A stretch of DNA of 64,000 nucleotides from Octopus sinensis (taxonomy: Eukaryota), in NCBI RefSeq assembly GCF_006345805.1, contig NC_043025.1, forward strand, positions 8,184,001-8,248,000, read 5' to 3'. A model generated the notes under the pieces. The model did not search any database, was not told where the DNA came from, and saw nothing but the letters and a program-made list of their open reading frames with translations. Positions 40,001 through 48,519 of the stretch are shown here, piece after piece (within the stretch, counting starts at the first letter, position 1; every line of letters begins with the position of its first letter). The position numbers and the translations under genes are program-made.

Positions 40001-42298
40001 GAAAATATTTCAACAAATTAAATTTAAATGTTGAAGTGAATCTAACGGTTTTTGTGTGTTTCTTAAATGGCTTATAAACACCTTCCAAATTGCAAAAAAT
40101 AAATAAACTGAGGGGAAAAAAATAGAAATAGAATTAGAATAGAATTAGTATGAAATTAATAGCAGAACCCGAGGCAGCAAAACACTTGAGCTACTGGGAT
40201 AGAATGAAAAAAACTGCAATTCCACACCCTGAGGCGAAGGTAGAAGAAACATACAGTGAGGTACATATGGAAGATCTTAAAATGGTTTCTCTTTCCCTTT
40301 TCTCTTTTACTTGTTTCAATCATTTGACTGCGGCCATGCTGGAGCACCGCCTTTAATCGAGCAACTCGACCCTGGGACTTATTCTTTTGTAAGCCCAGTA
40401 CTTATTCTATCGGTCTCTTTTGCCGAACCGCTAAGTGACGGGGACATAAACACACCAGCATCGGTTGTCAAGCAATGCTAGGGGGACAAACACAGACACA
40501 CAAACATATATATGTGTGTAAAAGGGGTAAAGACCCCCTTCGGTCATGAATGACCATGGGATTGCACCTAGAAAGTTACCCTCCTAGACACAAGTCCGGG
40601 CAAGGTTGTTTATGGAAGACCAGCAGTCGCCCATGCATACCAGCCTCCCCTCTCCACGCCACCAGTGTTATCCAAGGGAAAGACAAAGGGGCCGATACAG
40701 CTTGGCACCAGTGACGTCGCAACTCATTTCTACAGCTGAGTGAACTGGAGCAACGTGAAATAAAGTGTCTTGCTCAAGAACACAACACGTAACCCGGTCC
40801 GGGATTCGAGCTCACAACCTCACGATCGTAAGCTCGACGCTCTAACCACTGAGCCATTCGCCTTCACTATGTGTGTATATATATATATATATATACGACA
40901 GGCTTCTTTCAGTTTCCGTCAACCAAATCCACTAACAAGGCTTTGGTCGGCCCGAGGCTATAGTAGAAGACACTTGCCCAAGGTGCCACGCAGTGGGACT
41001 GAACCCGGAACCATGTGGTTGGTAAACAAGCTACTTACCACACAGCCACTCCTGTGCCTATATATATATATATTTTATTTTTTTGCCAAAGTACCTGAGA
41101 GATTCATATGGTGTAGGGGGTAGATGCTTTCAAGAAGTACCTTAACCTTCTGCCTTCCAAGATCCCAAATGAATCTTCATCAAGGTAAGAGACTCAAATG
41201 AAGGCAGCAAAACCAAAACCCCTCATTCACAAAAAGTCAACTACATGAGAATGGTCAGTGAAAAAGTTAAGGGATTGGTAGTGCCCTAGCTTGGCCATAG
41301 CCTTTGAGTTGAAACGCATGAAAGAATAAAGTGCAAATATATTCAGAGTTATGCCCCTTTATAAGGCCTTTCTAGTCTTGTGCAAAGTCAAATATACATG
41401 GTCTGATCAGTAAGTATTCGGACTGTTGCCATAGCAGAGTAAAGCTGCTGGGCACAGGTTGACCGTGAAGTTTGCTGTGCATCCGCCCTAAGTTTTAATG
41501 TTCTAGCTCACTTCTGCTGTTTACAGCAGTACTTGGAAGGAAGGTGTGTAGCGTATGATTGTCACGTTGACTATGACAGAGAAAATTGAGCAGAGAATCT
41601 GCATCAAATTTTGCCAAAAGATTGGTTATACCAGCTCAGAGGCCTACAGAAAGTTTACAAAAAATTTTCATCATTCTCGACACCATCAAAGAGATTTTGT
41701 GCTGCTGAAACTCAAGTGTCTTTTTGGTCAGCTGAAAGTAGTTTCAGCACAAACTTGGCAGACACGTGTCTTACACCCAAATCTTCAGTGATAATCGACT
41801 GAACTGATCTGTAGCTAATCTGTTTATCCTCTGATAACTCACAGATGGTGATTCGACGACTTCCCCTCACAGCTACATGCACATCTTTACTCTCTCTCTT
41901 TTACTTGTTTCAGTCATTTGACTGCAGCCATGCTGGAGCACCGCCTTTAATCGAGCAACTCGACCCCGGGACTTATTCTTTTTGTAAGCCCAGTACTTAT
42001 TCTATCGGCCTCTTTTGCCGAACCGCTAAGTAATGGGGATATAAACACACCAGCATCGGTTGTCAAGCAATGCTAGGGGGACAAACACAGACACACACAA
42101 ACACACATGCACACATATATATATATATACATATATACGACGGGCTTCTTTCAGTTTCCGTCTACCAAATCCACTCACAAGGCATTGGTCGGCCCGAGGC
42201 TATAGTAGAAGACACTTGCCCAAGGTGCCACGCAGTGGGACTGAACCCGGAACCATGTGGTTGGTTAGCAAGCTACTTACCACACACCCACTCCTGCG

Positions 42299-42353
<55 letters not shown>

Positions 42354-45300
42354 GACGGGCTTCTTTCAGTTTCCGTCTACCAGATCCACTCACAAGGCAT
42401 TGGTCGGCCCGAGGCTATAGTAGAAGACACTTGCCCAAGGTGCCACGCAGTAGGACTGAACCCGGAACCATGTGGTTTGTTAGCAAGCTACTTACCACAC
42501 AGCCACTCCTGCGCCTACAATGTTTTTTTATCACTTCTGCTGGTTTCAGGTCTCCCAGAAAGTTCGTCAATATCGACATTTTTTCTGGATATCTCAGAAT
42601 TGGCTGAACCCCTCATACACTCGTGTGCAGCTCATACACTCCTCTGCATACACTTTCTGCAACTTTGTGTTTGCCTCTGAGCAGGTATCACCATGACAAC
42701 TTTGTCATAGTCACTGTGACGATCACACACTACACACCTTCCTTCTAAGCACTGCTGTAAACAGCAAAAGTGAGCTAAAACATCAAAACTTAGTGCGCTT
42801 GTACTGCAGAGTCCACGGTCAGTCTGTGCAAAGTAGTTTTACTCTCCACGCTTTAGTTTTGTTACTATGGCAACAGTCCTGATATTTATTTATCAGACCT
42901 CATATTATCATATGAGCTGGAACAGGACAAATGCCTTTGATCATTGGGGTTACAAGATTGGAGCTGACCTATTAACCCCTAATTTCATATGTGCTGGCTA
43001 TGAACCCCTAATTTCATATGTAGGCTATTGACCCCAAATTTCGCATGTTGACTATTAACTGCTAATTACATGCATATTGACTATTGATCCCTAATTTCTT
43101 ATATTTGCTATTGACCCCTAATTTTAGGTATCGGCTATTAGCCTTTTATTTCAAGTATTGGCTATTGACCCTAATTTCCTATGTTGCCTACTGACCCCTA
43201 ATTTTATACATGCTGGTTTTAGATCTCTACTTTCATGTGTTGGTCAGTGAGTCCTAATTTCTTTCATGCTGTTCTTTGACCCTTAATTTTATGTGCTGGT
43301 TGTTGACTTCTAATTTCATGTGTTGGCCCTTCTTCATTGTTATTTCTATTACATTGTAGTTACCAAATGGCAAAGAATCATGCTTCACTGTGAAAATGGA
43401 CCTTGATTTTAATGTGGAAAACATGAAGCCCCAAGTTGCTGAAGTGCTCATGTATTACCAACCAGGTATGTCTTATTGTCATGTCATTAATTAACTAATT
43501 CATATCACTCATTAATTCATTAATCTTGAGTGGTTGTTTTCTAACTCTTCTCAATGCCAACAGGCTGTTAGATTGTGGACTGATGACTCATTATAATTGT
43601 TACTTCACTCATTAGTCATCATCATCATTGTTTTAACATTCACTTTTCCATGTTCACATGGAGCAGATGGAATTTATTGTGATAGATTTTCTATGACCAG
43701 ATGCTCTTCTTGTCACAAGCCCTCACCTGTGTAACAAGATGAGAGTTTCAGGAACACTGGAGGGGTGTCTGGTGTGATCTTGTCACATACAAGTTGAAGA
43801 AATGGAACCAAAGTCAGGCTGTCTTCGATAACAACAAATAGTAGTTTATTCTTCAGGTTCACAGGTAAAGTGGAGGCGCAATGGCCCAGTAGTTAGGGCA
43901 GCGGACTCGCAGTCGTAGGATCGCAGTTTCGATTCTCAGACCGGGCGTTGTGAGTGTTTATTGAGTGAAAACACCTAAAGCTCCACGAGGCTCTGGCAGG
44001 GATGGTGAAGATCCCTGCTGTACTCTTTCACCACAACTTTCTCTCACTCTTACTTCCTGTTTCTGTTGTACCTGTATTTCAAAGGGCCGGCCTTGTCACT
44101 CTCTGTGTCACGCTGAATATCCCCAAGAACTACGGTAAGGGTACACGTGTCTGTGGAGTGCTCAGCCACTTACACATTAATTTCACGAGCAAGCTGTTCC
44201 GTTGATCGGATCAACCGGAACCCTCGTCGTCGTCGTAACCGACAGAGTGCTTCCTCCATCACAGGTAAAATATATACATATGTATTTCTTGTGGGGAAAC
44301 CGGCAGCCAAGTCCACAGGACTGTACACAAATGTTCTCTCGTGTGATCCAAGAAGATACAGTGTTTGTTCCCGCTTCGAAGTGAGAGCTTCTCTGTACGT
44401 AGGGTGTTCCCTGAGAGAAGTCGAGCCATGTCCGATCGCTAGCGCTGCTCTGCCAGAAAGACCGATTTAGTGGTCACGCTTTCAGGTTGCAGTTCCTGCG
44501 CATGCGCATGAGGAAAACGTCCCGTGGCTGACCGGAAGCAATCCAATTCTGCGCATGCGCACTGAAACTTCCACAGTAGCATCACTACACCTGTTTCCAA
44601 GCAAGATATTTCCCAGTGACCATACCTGTTTTTATGGAAGATTGGAAATGAAACACCACTTGCATAATGGCAAAGAGACAATTACACACATATGAGAGGC
44701 TTCCACACAGTTTCCATAGGACTGGGTCATGTCCTTGGGAAGCAAACTTCTTACCATATAGTATGCTCCAGGGGCAAATGAAGATAATAATGATTTTTAA
44801 AACAGGGTAAAGGATAGTAAATATATGATGGTGGGTAAGATAATGGGCTAAATCATTAGTGTTGGATTAACATGTGAGTAATGATTAAGGCAATGGGGTA
44901 ACTCATTAGTCTTGGGTTAATGTGTGGTAGAGGCTATATCAGTTCATCCCATAAGTTCTGTCCAATTTTACCTTTTTTAAAATTGAATGAAATTTAATAG
45001 TATTTTAGAATGGCTAATGAAATTGAAAATTATTTTTATGCATTTGTGTACATTTAAGCTAATTAATATTATTTTACAGAATAATAGAATTAAATTATCA
45101 AATGGTGGTGCCCCAGCATGGCCACAGCTTGTGAGCTGAAACTAAATAAAATAAAATAAAAATAAAATACTTTCCCTGATTATCTATGACTTCCTTCCAT
45201 CAATTTACAAGCTTTTTAGTCCCATCAATGTAAAACTGTTTGATGTCCAAAGAGCATTTGAGGCACATAATGCTTTATGAGTACAAAAAAGGAAACTCTG

Positions 45301-47433
45301 CAACCGAAGTGACTCGAATCATACACCCAGTTTATGGGAAAGAATGCTTGAATGAAAGAACTTGCAGAAGATGGTTTGCAAAAATTCAGAACTGGAGATT
45401 TCAGCCTTGAAGATGAAGATCAAACAGAACGTCCAGTTGAGTTTGATGATAAGCTCCTTGAGGCATTACTTGAAGAAAATCTTGCATTATCAGTTGAAGA
45501 ATTGGCAATAAAGCTTAGTTCAAACCACACAACTGTTCATCGTCATCTTCAACAACTTGGAAAGGTTCCTAAACTTGGAAAATGTGTGCCTCATGAATTG
45601 TCTGAAAGCAACAGCAAATCCCGAGTTGACATCTGCTCTTCTCTCTATTCTCACGAACTCATTTCACCTTTTTTGAATAGACTTGTGACTGGTGACGAGA
45701 AATGGATCTTTTATCAAAATGTTAAACATTGTAAACAGTGGCTTGGTAAAAGGGAAAAAGCTCAACCAGAACCGAGAAGGGAACTTCATGGAAAAAAGGC
45801 TCTTCTCTCTTCTGGTGGGATTGCAAAGGAGTAATTCACTTTGAATTTTTACCACCTAATGCAACAATCAATGCTCAAGTCTACTGTCAGCAATTAGAGT
45901 GTTTGCACCAGACTTTGAAGAAAAAAAGACCCGGTTTAGTGAATCGAAAAGGAGTGATGTTTCATCAGGACAATGCGTGACCCCACAATGCAAAGATCAT
46001 ATCACAGAACGAAGAGCTTGGTTGAGAAAAAATTCCTCATCCACCTTATTCTACCGACCTTGCTCCTTCAGACAACCTATTTTGTCATAGTTTACAGAAT
46101 CATTTGGGCGACATAACTTTCGCAAGCAAGGAGGAAGTCGAAACTGACATTTCAGTTCTTTACTTTGAAACCAAAAGAGTTTTACATTGATGGGATTAAA
46201 AAGCTTGTAAATAGATGGAAGGAAGTCATAGATAATCAGGGAAAGTACATTGATGATTAAATTTCAATTAAATATAACATTTGATCACTTGTTTTCTTTA
46301 TTCAAAATTCAGACAGAACTTCTGGGATGACCTGATAGTAATGGGCAACTCAATAGTTTTAAGTACACTTATTTAATGTGCTACTGTAGATTATGTCACT
46401 AATAAGTCATAATAAGGCAGAAACATGGCTGGAGTTATCAAACTACTGCCAAGATCAAACTCACTCCACACTTCATATATTAACAATAAGCACACTGTCT
46501 GAGTACTTAAGTAAATTAATATGCATCACCCGAAGCTCGCAAATGAGGGTAATGTCAGTGCTTGTTGTTCACTGCAGTTTTAATAAGTATTTCTTTTATT
46601 TTTTACTTGTTTCAATCATTTGACTGCGGCCATGCTTGGAGATACATAGCATGTTATGTAAATCTTCCAAATTATTGATTCTCTACAGCAGTAGTTTTTT
46701 TTTTTTTTTTTTTGTAAATTGTGTATGTTAAATGATATTTTTCCTCTCATTGAATGGAGGGCTTTTTTTGTTGAACGTAAAAATCGAAATCGATCAACAT
46801 CAATGATAATTGTAGCTGTGATACCAGTGCCGGTGGCATGTAAGAGAACCATCCGAACATGGCCGTTGCCAGCGCTGCCCCGACTAGCCTCTGTGCCGGT
46901 GGCACGTAAAAAGCACCATCCGATCGTGGCCGTTACCAGCCACAATTGGCCTCCGTGCCGGTGGCACGTAAAAAGCACCATCTGATCATGGCCATTGCCA
47001 GCTTCGTCTGGTCTCCGTGCCGGTGGCACATAAAAAGCACCATCCGATCGTGGCCATTTGCCAGCCTCGTCTGGCACGTAAAAAGCACCCACTACACTCA
47101 TGGAATGGTTGGCGTTAGGAAGGGCATCCAGCCGTAGAAACACTGCCAGATCAGACTGGGCCTGGTGCAGCCTTCTGGCTTCCCAGACCCCAGTTGAACC
47201 GTCCAACCCATGCTAGCATGGAATACGGACGTTAAACGATGATGATGATGATGATGTATGTATAATGGAACAGTAAACTATATATATGTATATTTTCTTT
47301 TTAATTTCCAGATCAAAAAGCAGAGACAACTTACTCAATATCAGATCCCATCACTGCAAGAGTTAACAGGTCGCTGCCTCTTCGCCCACCTGAACCTCGT
47401 TTACCCCTTCCTGAAATTATCATACCCTCCTGA
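615..47433 (+). CDS. Thioester-containing protein (TEP / A2M / CD109 family), 3' part; join(615..753,3800..3976,5038..5119,7349..7514,8083..8157,12176..12353,17203..17363,25631..25786,31281..31343,35154..35263,36579..36725,43360..43465,47312..47433); 5' exons lie upstream of the window
   Basis: All exons are bounded by AG/GT with matching phases, except for a 1-nt deficit in 36579..36725. The translation contains [59 protein letters not shown] and YYQP, all typical A2M/TEP motifs. Confidence 0.95.
2140..3215 (+). mobile_element. RTE/RTEX-like LINE 3' fragment interrupted by a SINE (about 2327-2815)
   Basis: [10 protein letters not shown]|[19 protein letters not shown]...FAGHC..DREVWR; (TGA)n tail. 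Confidence 0.85.
3800..3976 (+). CDS. TEP thioester exon ([32 protein letters not shown]...)
   Basis: ttttctag|GT and G|gtaaat; GCGEQ codons at 3856-3870; 177 nt, phase 1 to 1. Confidence 0.97.
4345..4850 (+). repeat. (CATA)n microsatellite; similar tracts at 27480-27945 and 8170-8470 (CA-rich)
   Basis: Directly visible. Confidence 0.95.
5038..5119 (+). CDS. TEP exon ([27 protein letters not shown])
   Basis: tttaaag|GT and TG|gtaagt; conserved DGSFSAFG and STW. Confidence 0.95.
6079..6165 (+). ncRNA. Type I hammerhead ribozyme, canonical core, palindromic stem III
   Basis: TTTAG-CTGAAGA-ATACT-(48 nt)-AGTAT-GAAA-CAATTG-TA^CTAAA. Stems I and II pair, ACAATTGT is a palindrome, cleavage triplet GUA. 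Confidence 0.8.
6404..6454 (-). ncRNA. Type I hammerhead ribozyme (inverted copy of 6879-6929)
   Basis: Reverse complement reads AGCTTC-CTGAAGA-TTTCATCTGAAT-GAAA-CAG-TTCTAGTC-CTG-TA^GAAGCT. Confidence 0.78.
6879..6929 (+). ncRNA. Type I hammerhead ribozyme, canonical core
   Basis: 6-bp stem I AGCTTC/GAAGCT, CTGAAGA, short stem II, GAAA, 4-bp stem III ACAG/CTGT, GUA cleavage after 6923. Confidence 0.8.
7349..7514 (+). CDS. TEP exon (LTAYVIKCF...[15 protein letters not shown]) with catalytic His at 7500-7502
   Basis: cttatag|G and CAG|gtgagt; TED-domain motifs. Confidence 0.96.
8083..8157 (+). CDS. TEP exon ([25 protein letters not shown])
   Basis: catctag|GGT and GCG|gtaagt; completes MQGG and LTAFV. 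Confidence 0.93.
10065..10318 (+). mobile_element. Internally deleted mariner transposase fragment
   Basis: [15 protein letters not shown] and [17 protein letters not shown]. Confidence 0.75.
11335..12150 (+). repeat. (ACC/ACT)n microsatellite tract
   Basis: Directly visible. Confidence 0.95.
12176..12353 (+). CDS. TEP exon ([14 protein letters not shown]...[15 protein letters not shown]...LLSLATKK)
   Basis: gttcag|GTC and G|gtaaca; open frame resembling the TED helix D-x-Y-x-L-x-x-x-x-x-A-x-A-L. Confidence 0.88.
12495..13110 (+). repeat. (TA)n and (ATT)n microsatellite
   Basis: Directly visible. Confidence 0.95.
13440..14787 (-). mobile_element. Non-autonomous Helitron, head-to-tail array of 4 units (154, 401, 396, 397 bp)
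   Basis: On the minus strand each unit starts TC(TTTATATA) and ends hairpin CCCG...CGGG followed by CTAG (hairpin deleted in the 154-bp unit). Junctions are CTAG|TC and the array sits between A and T. Confidence 0.85.
14800..15302 (-). mobile_element. Helitron with the same 5' half but a different 3' end
   Basis: 15086-15302 matches the array unit; 14800-15085 is unrelated and ends in hairpin TGTGCAAA-caa-TTTGCACA followed by TTAG|T. Confidence 0.6.
15411..15910. mobile_element. Tc1/mariner-superfamily (pogo/Tc2-like) MITE
   Basis: TIRs CCGTAAATCCTCGAGTATAGTCCGC / GCGGATTATACTTCAGGATTTATGG, TA on both sides. Confidence 0.75.
16458..16662. mobile_element. Fold-back copy of the same 210-bp family, lacking the ribozyme core
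   Basis: The left arm ends ...AATTTGTCA at 16546; the right arm is the inverted copy running to ...GCAAGTACATCTTCG. Confidence 0.8.
17203..17363 (+). CDS. TEP exon ([23 protein letters not shown]...[12 protein letters not shown])
   Basis: tttgcag|AT and CAG|gttagt; VE-x-x-AYALL and GGF-x-STQ motifs. Confidence 0.96.
17596..19833 (+). repeat. Tandem array of a CR1/L2-like LINE 3' end: one longer copy plus five units of about 364 bp
   Basis: Unit encodes ...[13 protein letters not shown]...[13 protein letters not shown]..., then a 3' UTR and an (ATT)n tail; period 364-365 bp. Confidence 0.9.
20270..20955 (+). repeat. Minisatellite GCACATGTATG(TG)n
   Basis: Directly visible. Confidence 0.95.
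21350..21556. mobile_element. piggyBac-type MITE
   Basis: TTAA|CCCTTTAG...CTAAAGAG|TTAA. Confidence 0.75.
22620..23500 (-). mobile_element. Penelope-like element fragment: GIY-YIG endonuclease remnant plus two tandem ribozyme-bearing repeats
   Basis: Translation [13 protein letters not shown]...[10 protein letters not shown]...[16 protein letters not shown] (about 22620-22925); direct repeats at about 22985-23170 and 23290-23495. Confidence 0.8.
23399..23436 (-). ncRNA. Minimal hammerhead-like motif, core variant CUGUCGA
   Basis: TCTTT-CTGTCGA-A-GAGC-GTAG-GCTC-GAAA-CG-TA^AAAGA; degenerate copies at 23080-23117 (-) and about 7014-7053 (+). Confidence 0.6.
23924..24078 (+). pseudogene. Duplicated TEP exon, copy 1, with a 1-nt deletion (frameshifted)
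   Basis: Same as 25631..25786 except TATTCTTTGAA instead of TATTCTTTTGAA; 155 nt; splice sites intact. Confidence 0.85.
25631..25786 (+). CDS. TEP exon, intact copy ([13 protein letters not shown]...[19 protein letters not shown])
   Basis: ctttgtag|GAC and GAT|gtaaga; 156 nt, phase 0 to 0. Confidence 0.92.
29404..30684 (+). mobile_element. Full-length decayed mariner transposon (1281 bp); transposase remnant 29566-30608
   Basis: 24-bp TIRs TTGGGTTGGCAA(C/A)TAAGTTCCTGC, TA TSD; RSGRP, DEKW, HDNA and [10 protein letters not shown]-x-D motifs; stops and frameshifts. Confidence 0.95.
30829..31212 (+). mobile_element. Third tRNA-derived SINE family (head GTGGAGGCGCAATGGCCCAGTGGTTAG); related short form as tandem pairs at about 10655-11195 and 31393-32020, also about 34082-34275 and 43870-44259
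   Basis: tRNA-like A/B boxes and dispersed near-identical copies. Confidence 0.85.
31281..31343 (+). CDS. TEP exon ([21 protein letters not shown])
   Basis: gttgcag|CTT and CAG|gtaagc; matches the LP...V-x-x-x-G-x-G-x-x-LVQ segment of TEPs. Confidence 0.9.
32095..32560 (-). mobile_element. Mariner transposase C-terminal fragment
   Basis: [15 protein letters not shown]...[13 protein letters not shown]. Confidence 0.75.
34673..35097 (+). mobile_element. CR1-like LINE 3' end with (TAACT)n tail
   Basis: KHLSYEE..LDLYSLEK...RGHSKKL...WNKLPDEIV; near-identical to 53090-53641. Confidence 0.85.
35154..35263 (+). CDS. TEP exon ([13 protein letters not shown]...EYDTCV)
   Basis: ccgatag|GTG and AA|gtaagt; YN motif and the Cys at the start of MG8. 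Confidence 0.87.
35815..36478 (-). mobile_element. Two fragments of the same CR1/L2-like LINE 3' end
   Basis: ORF 36063..36389 (LRRLAADL...[12 protein letters not shown]...WNTLPASVV) matches the 17.6-19.8 kb unit. Confidence 0.85.
36579..36725 (+). CDS. TEP MG8/receptor-binding exon ([20 protein letters not shown]...[15 protein letters not shown]) with an apparent 1-nt deletion at about 36708
   Basis: ttacag|G and TCT|gtatgt. The SGF and KRxE motifs are in one frame and VYLDS is in another; adding one base restores phase 0 for the next exon. Confidence 0.9.
36915..38285 (+). repeat. Minisatellite, unit of about 22-26 bp, CATGCATCCTTG(CA)n
   Basis: Directly visible; explains the long multi-frame ORFs here. 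Confidence 0.95.
39181..40087. mobile_element. Tandem plus inverted array of a repeat of about 210 bp (two units, spacer, two inverted units)
   Basis: Units begin ATATTA(C/T)GGAGATGTACTTGCATAGC at 39181 and about 39405; reverse-complement units at about 39745-39950 and 39955-40087. Confidence 0.85.
39756..39806 (+). ncRNA. Minimal hammerhead-like motif with G3-C8 swapped core
   Basis: TTTGTCA-GTGAACA-G-GTCGC-GGTCTCAAA-GTGAC-GAAA-ATATTT^TGACAAA; sister copies at 39325-39375 (-), 39550-39600 (-) and 39967-40017 (+). Confidence 0.65.
40520..40867 (-). mobile_element. CORE-type tRNA-derived SINE (older copy at about 21580-21770)
   Basis: Head ...TGGCTCAGTGGTTAGAGC...TCGAATCCC followed by TGTGTTCTTGAGCAAGACACTT. 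Confidence 0.8.
41396..42903. mobile_element. Mariner derivative with two 5' ends in inverted orientation, interrupted by a SINE (about 41885-42517)
   Basis: Plus strand 41396-41650 has a TIR plus [16 protein letters not shown]. The minus strand from 42903 has the homologous 5' end and HTH (SGRP...[15 protein letters not shown]) running back to about 41650. Confidence 0.7.
42965..43330 (+). repeat. Degenerate minisatellite of about 29 bp (CTATTGACCCCTAATTTCATATGTG...) just before a TEP exon
   Basis: About 12 imperfect copies. Confidence 0.8.
43360..43465 (+). CDS. TEP exon ([35 protein letters not shown])
   Basis: attgtag|TTA and G|gtatgt; conserved C-F, V-x-N-x-K-P and YY-x-P. Confidence 0.94.
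43730..44589 (-). mobile_element. Solo LTR (about 460 bp without the nested SINE at 43870-44259)
   Basis: TG...CA termini, 4-bp TSD CCTG (43726-43729 / 44590-44593), AATAAA on the minus strand at about 43845-43850; the nested SINE has a 10-bp TSD CACAGGTAAA. Confidence 0.8.
44939..46335 (+). mobile_element. Second full-length decayed mariner (different family); transposase remnant about 45243-46260
   Basis: TIRs TCAG(T/G)TCATCCCA(T/G)AAGTTCTGTC, TA TSD; VPHEL and VTGDEKW motifs; small SINE-tail insert at about 45100-45170. Confidence 0.92.
46800..47256 (+). mobile_element. Retroelement with internal tandem units of about 55 bp and a (GAT)n tail; other copies at about 885-1375, 1381-1710, 5445-5850, 9370-10065, 15955-16310, 33640-34035 and 50935-51455
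   Basis: Repeated GTGCCGGTGGCACGTAAAAAGCACCATCCG units, then GGTTGGCGTTAGGAAGGGCATCCAGC...GGACGTTAAACGATGATGAT. Confidence 0.85.
47312..47433 (+). CDS. TEP terminal coding exon ([39 protein letters not shown])
   Basis: aatttccag|AT continues phase 1; (D)QKAETTY fits the end of MG8; TGA at 47431-47433. Confidence 0.8.
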
Positions 47434-47641
47434 AATTATTAATTTAAGATGATTGAGGAAGGGTTGCAGTGCAGAGGATAGAAACAAACACTCACACTTA
47501 AACTCCTATGATGATGATGATGATGATGGAAATTTTCTCTCAATCTGAACTCTTACCAAAATGTGATGTGAAACACTTATTAATACATAACCCTATATAT
47601 TGTGTACTTTAGCCCCTTATGTTTTATATAAATATATATAG

Positions 47642-47693
<52 letters not shown>

Positions 47694-47755
47694 TATATAT
47701 ATATATAATATATATAATATATATATATTATACCTCGCTTAGAGATTTATTATTG

Positions 47756-47787
<32 letters not shown>

Positions 47788-47915
47788 TATATATATATAT
47801 ATATATAATATATATATATATATAATATATATAATATATAATATATATATATATATATCTATATATATATATATATATATATACATATATGTATATAATA
47901 AATATATATATATAT

Positions 47916-47956
<41 letters not shown>

Positions 47957-47960
47957 CATG

Positions 47961-47994
<34 letters not shown>

Positions 47995-48212
47995 TATATA
48001 CATATATACATACATACGCACACACACACACACAACATACAACATATATATATATATATATATATAATTTTCCAGTTTTATTAGTCAACACCAAAGTACC
48101 TGTCGCATCTTTTAGTTCTTTGTGTATTTTGGGGGATTTCTTTCTGGTACTGGTTATGTCTCCCAAGAAAATACCTCTAGATATCATAAATACCTAGGTA
48201 TAGTATATAAAA

Positions 48213-48519
48213 CTAGCAGTATCGCCCGGCGTTGCTCGGGTTTGTAAGGGAAATAACTATATAAGCATTTTTAGAGAGTTACTTCCCTTATATAACCGGA
48301 GCAAAAATCATTAAAAATGCGGAAAAATGATGGTAAATTTTTTTTTAAATTGTAGACTCATCGTAGACACGCACTAATACCCAGAAGGGCTTGATATGAA
48401 TGACAACTATAAGATACCCGCTTTTGGTTAAACTGCACCGCAAAATGTGGGAGTAGTTAGGAATCTAAATCGGAGGAGACAGAGTCTCACACACACGACT
48501 TCAATTTTATATATAAAGA
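48213..48519 (-). mobile_element. Single 307-bp copy of the same Helitron
   Basis: TC...CTAG termini, A/T target, only one copy of the internal subrepeat of about 95 bp. Confidence 0.85.

Noticed and set aside
47258-47452. Listed 64-aa ORF over the last exon
   Set aside because: Wrong frame for the phase-1 junction; the real exon frame gives DQKAETTY...PS*.
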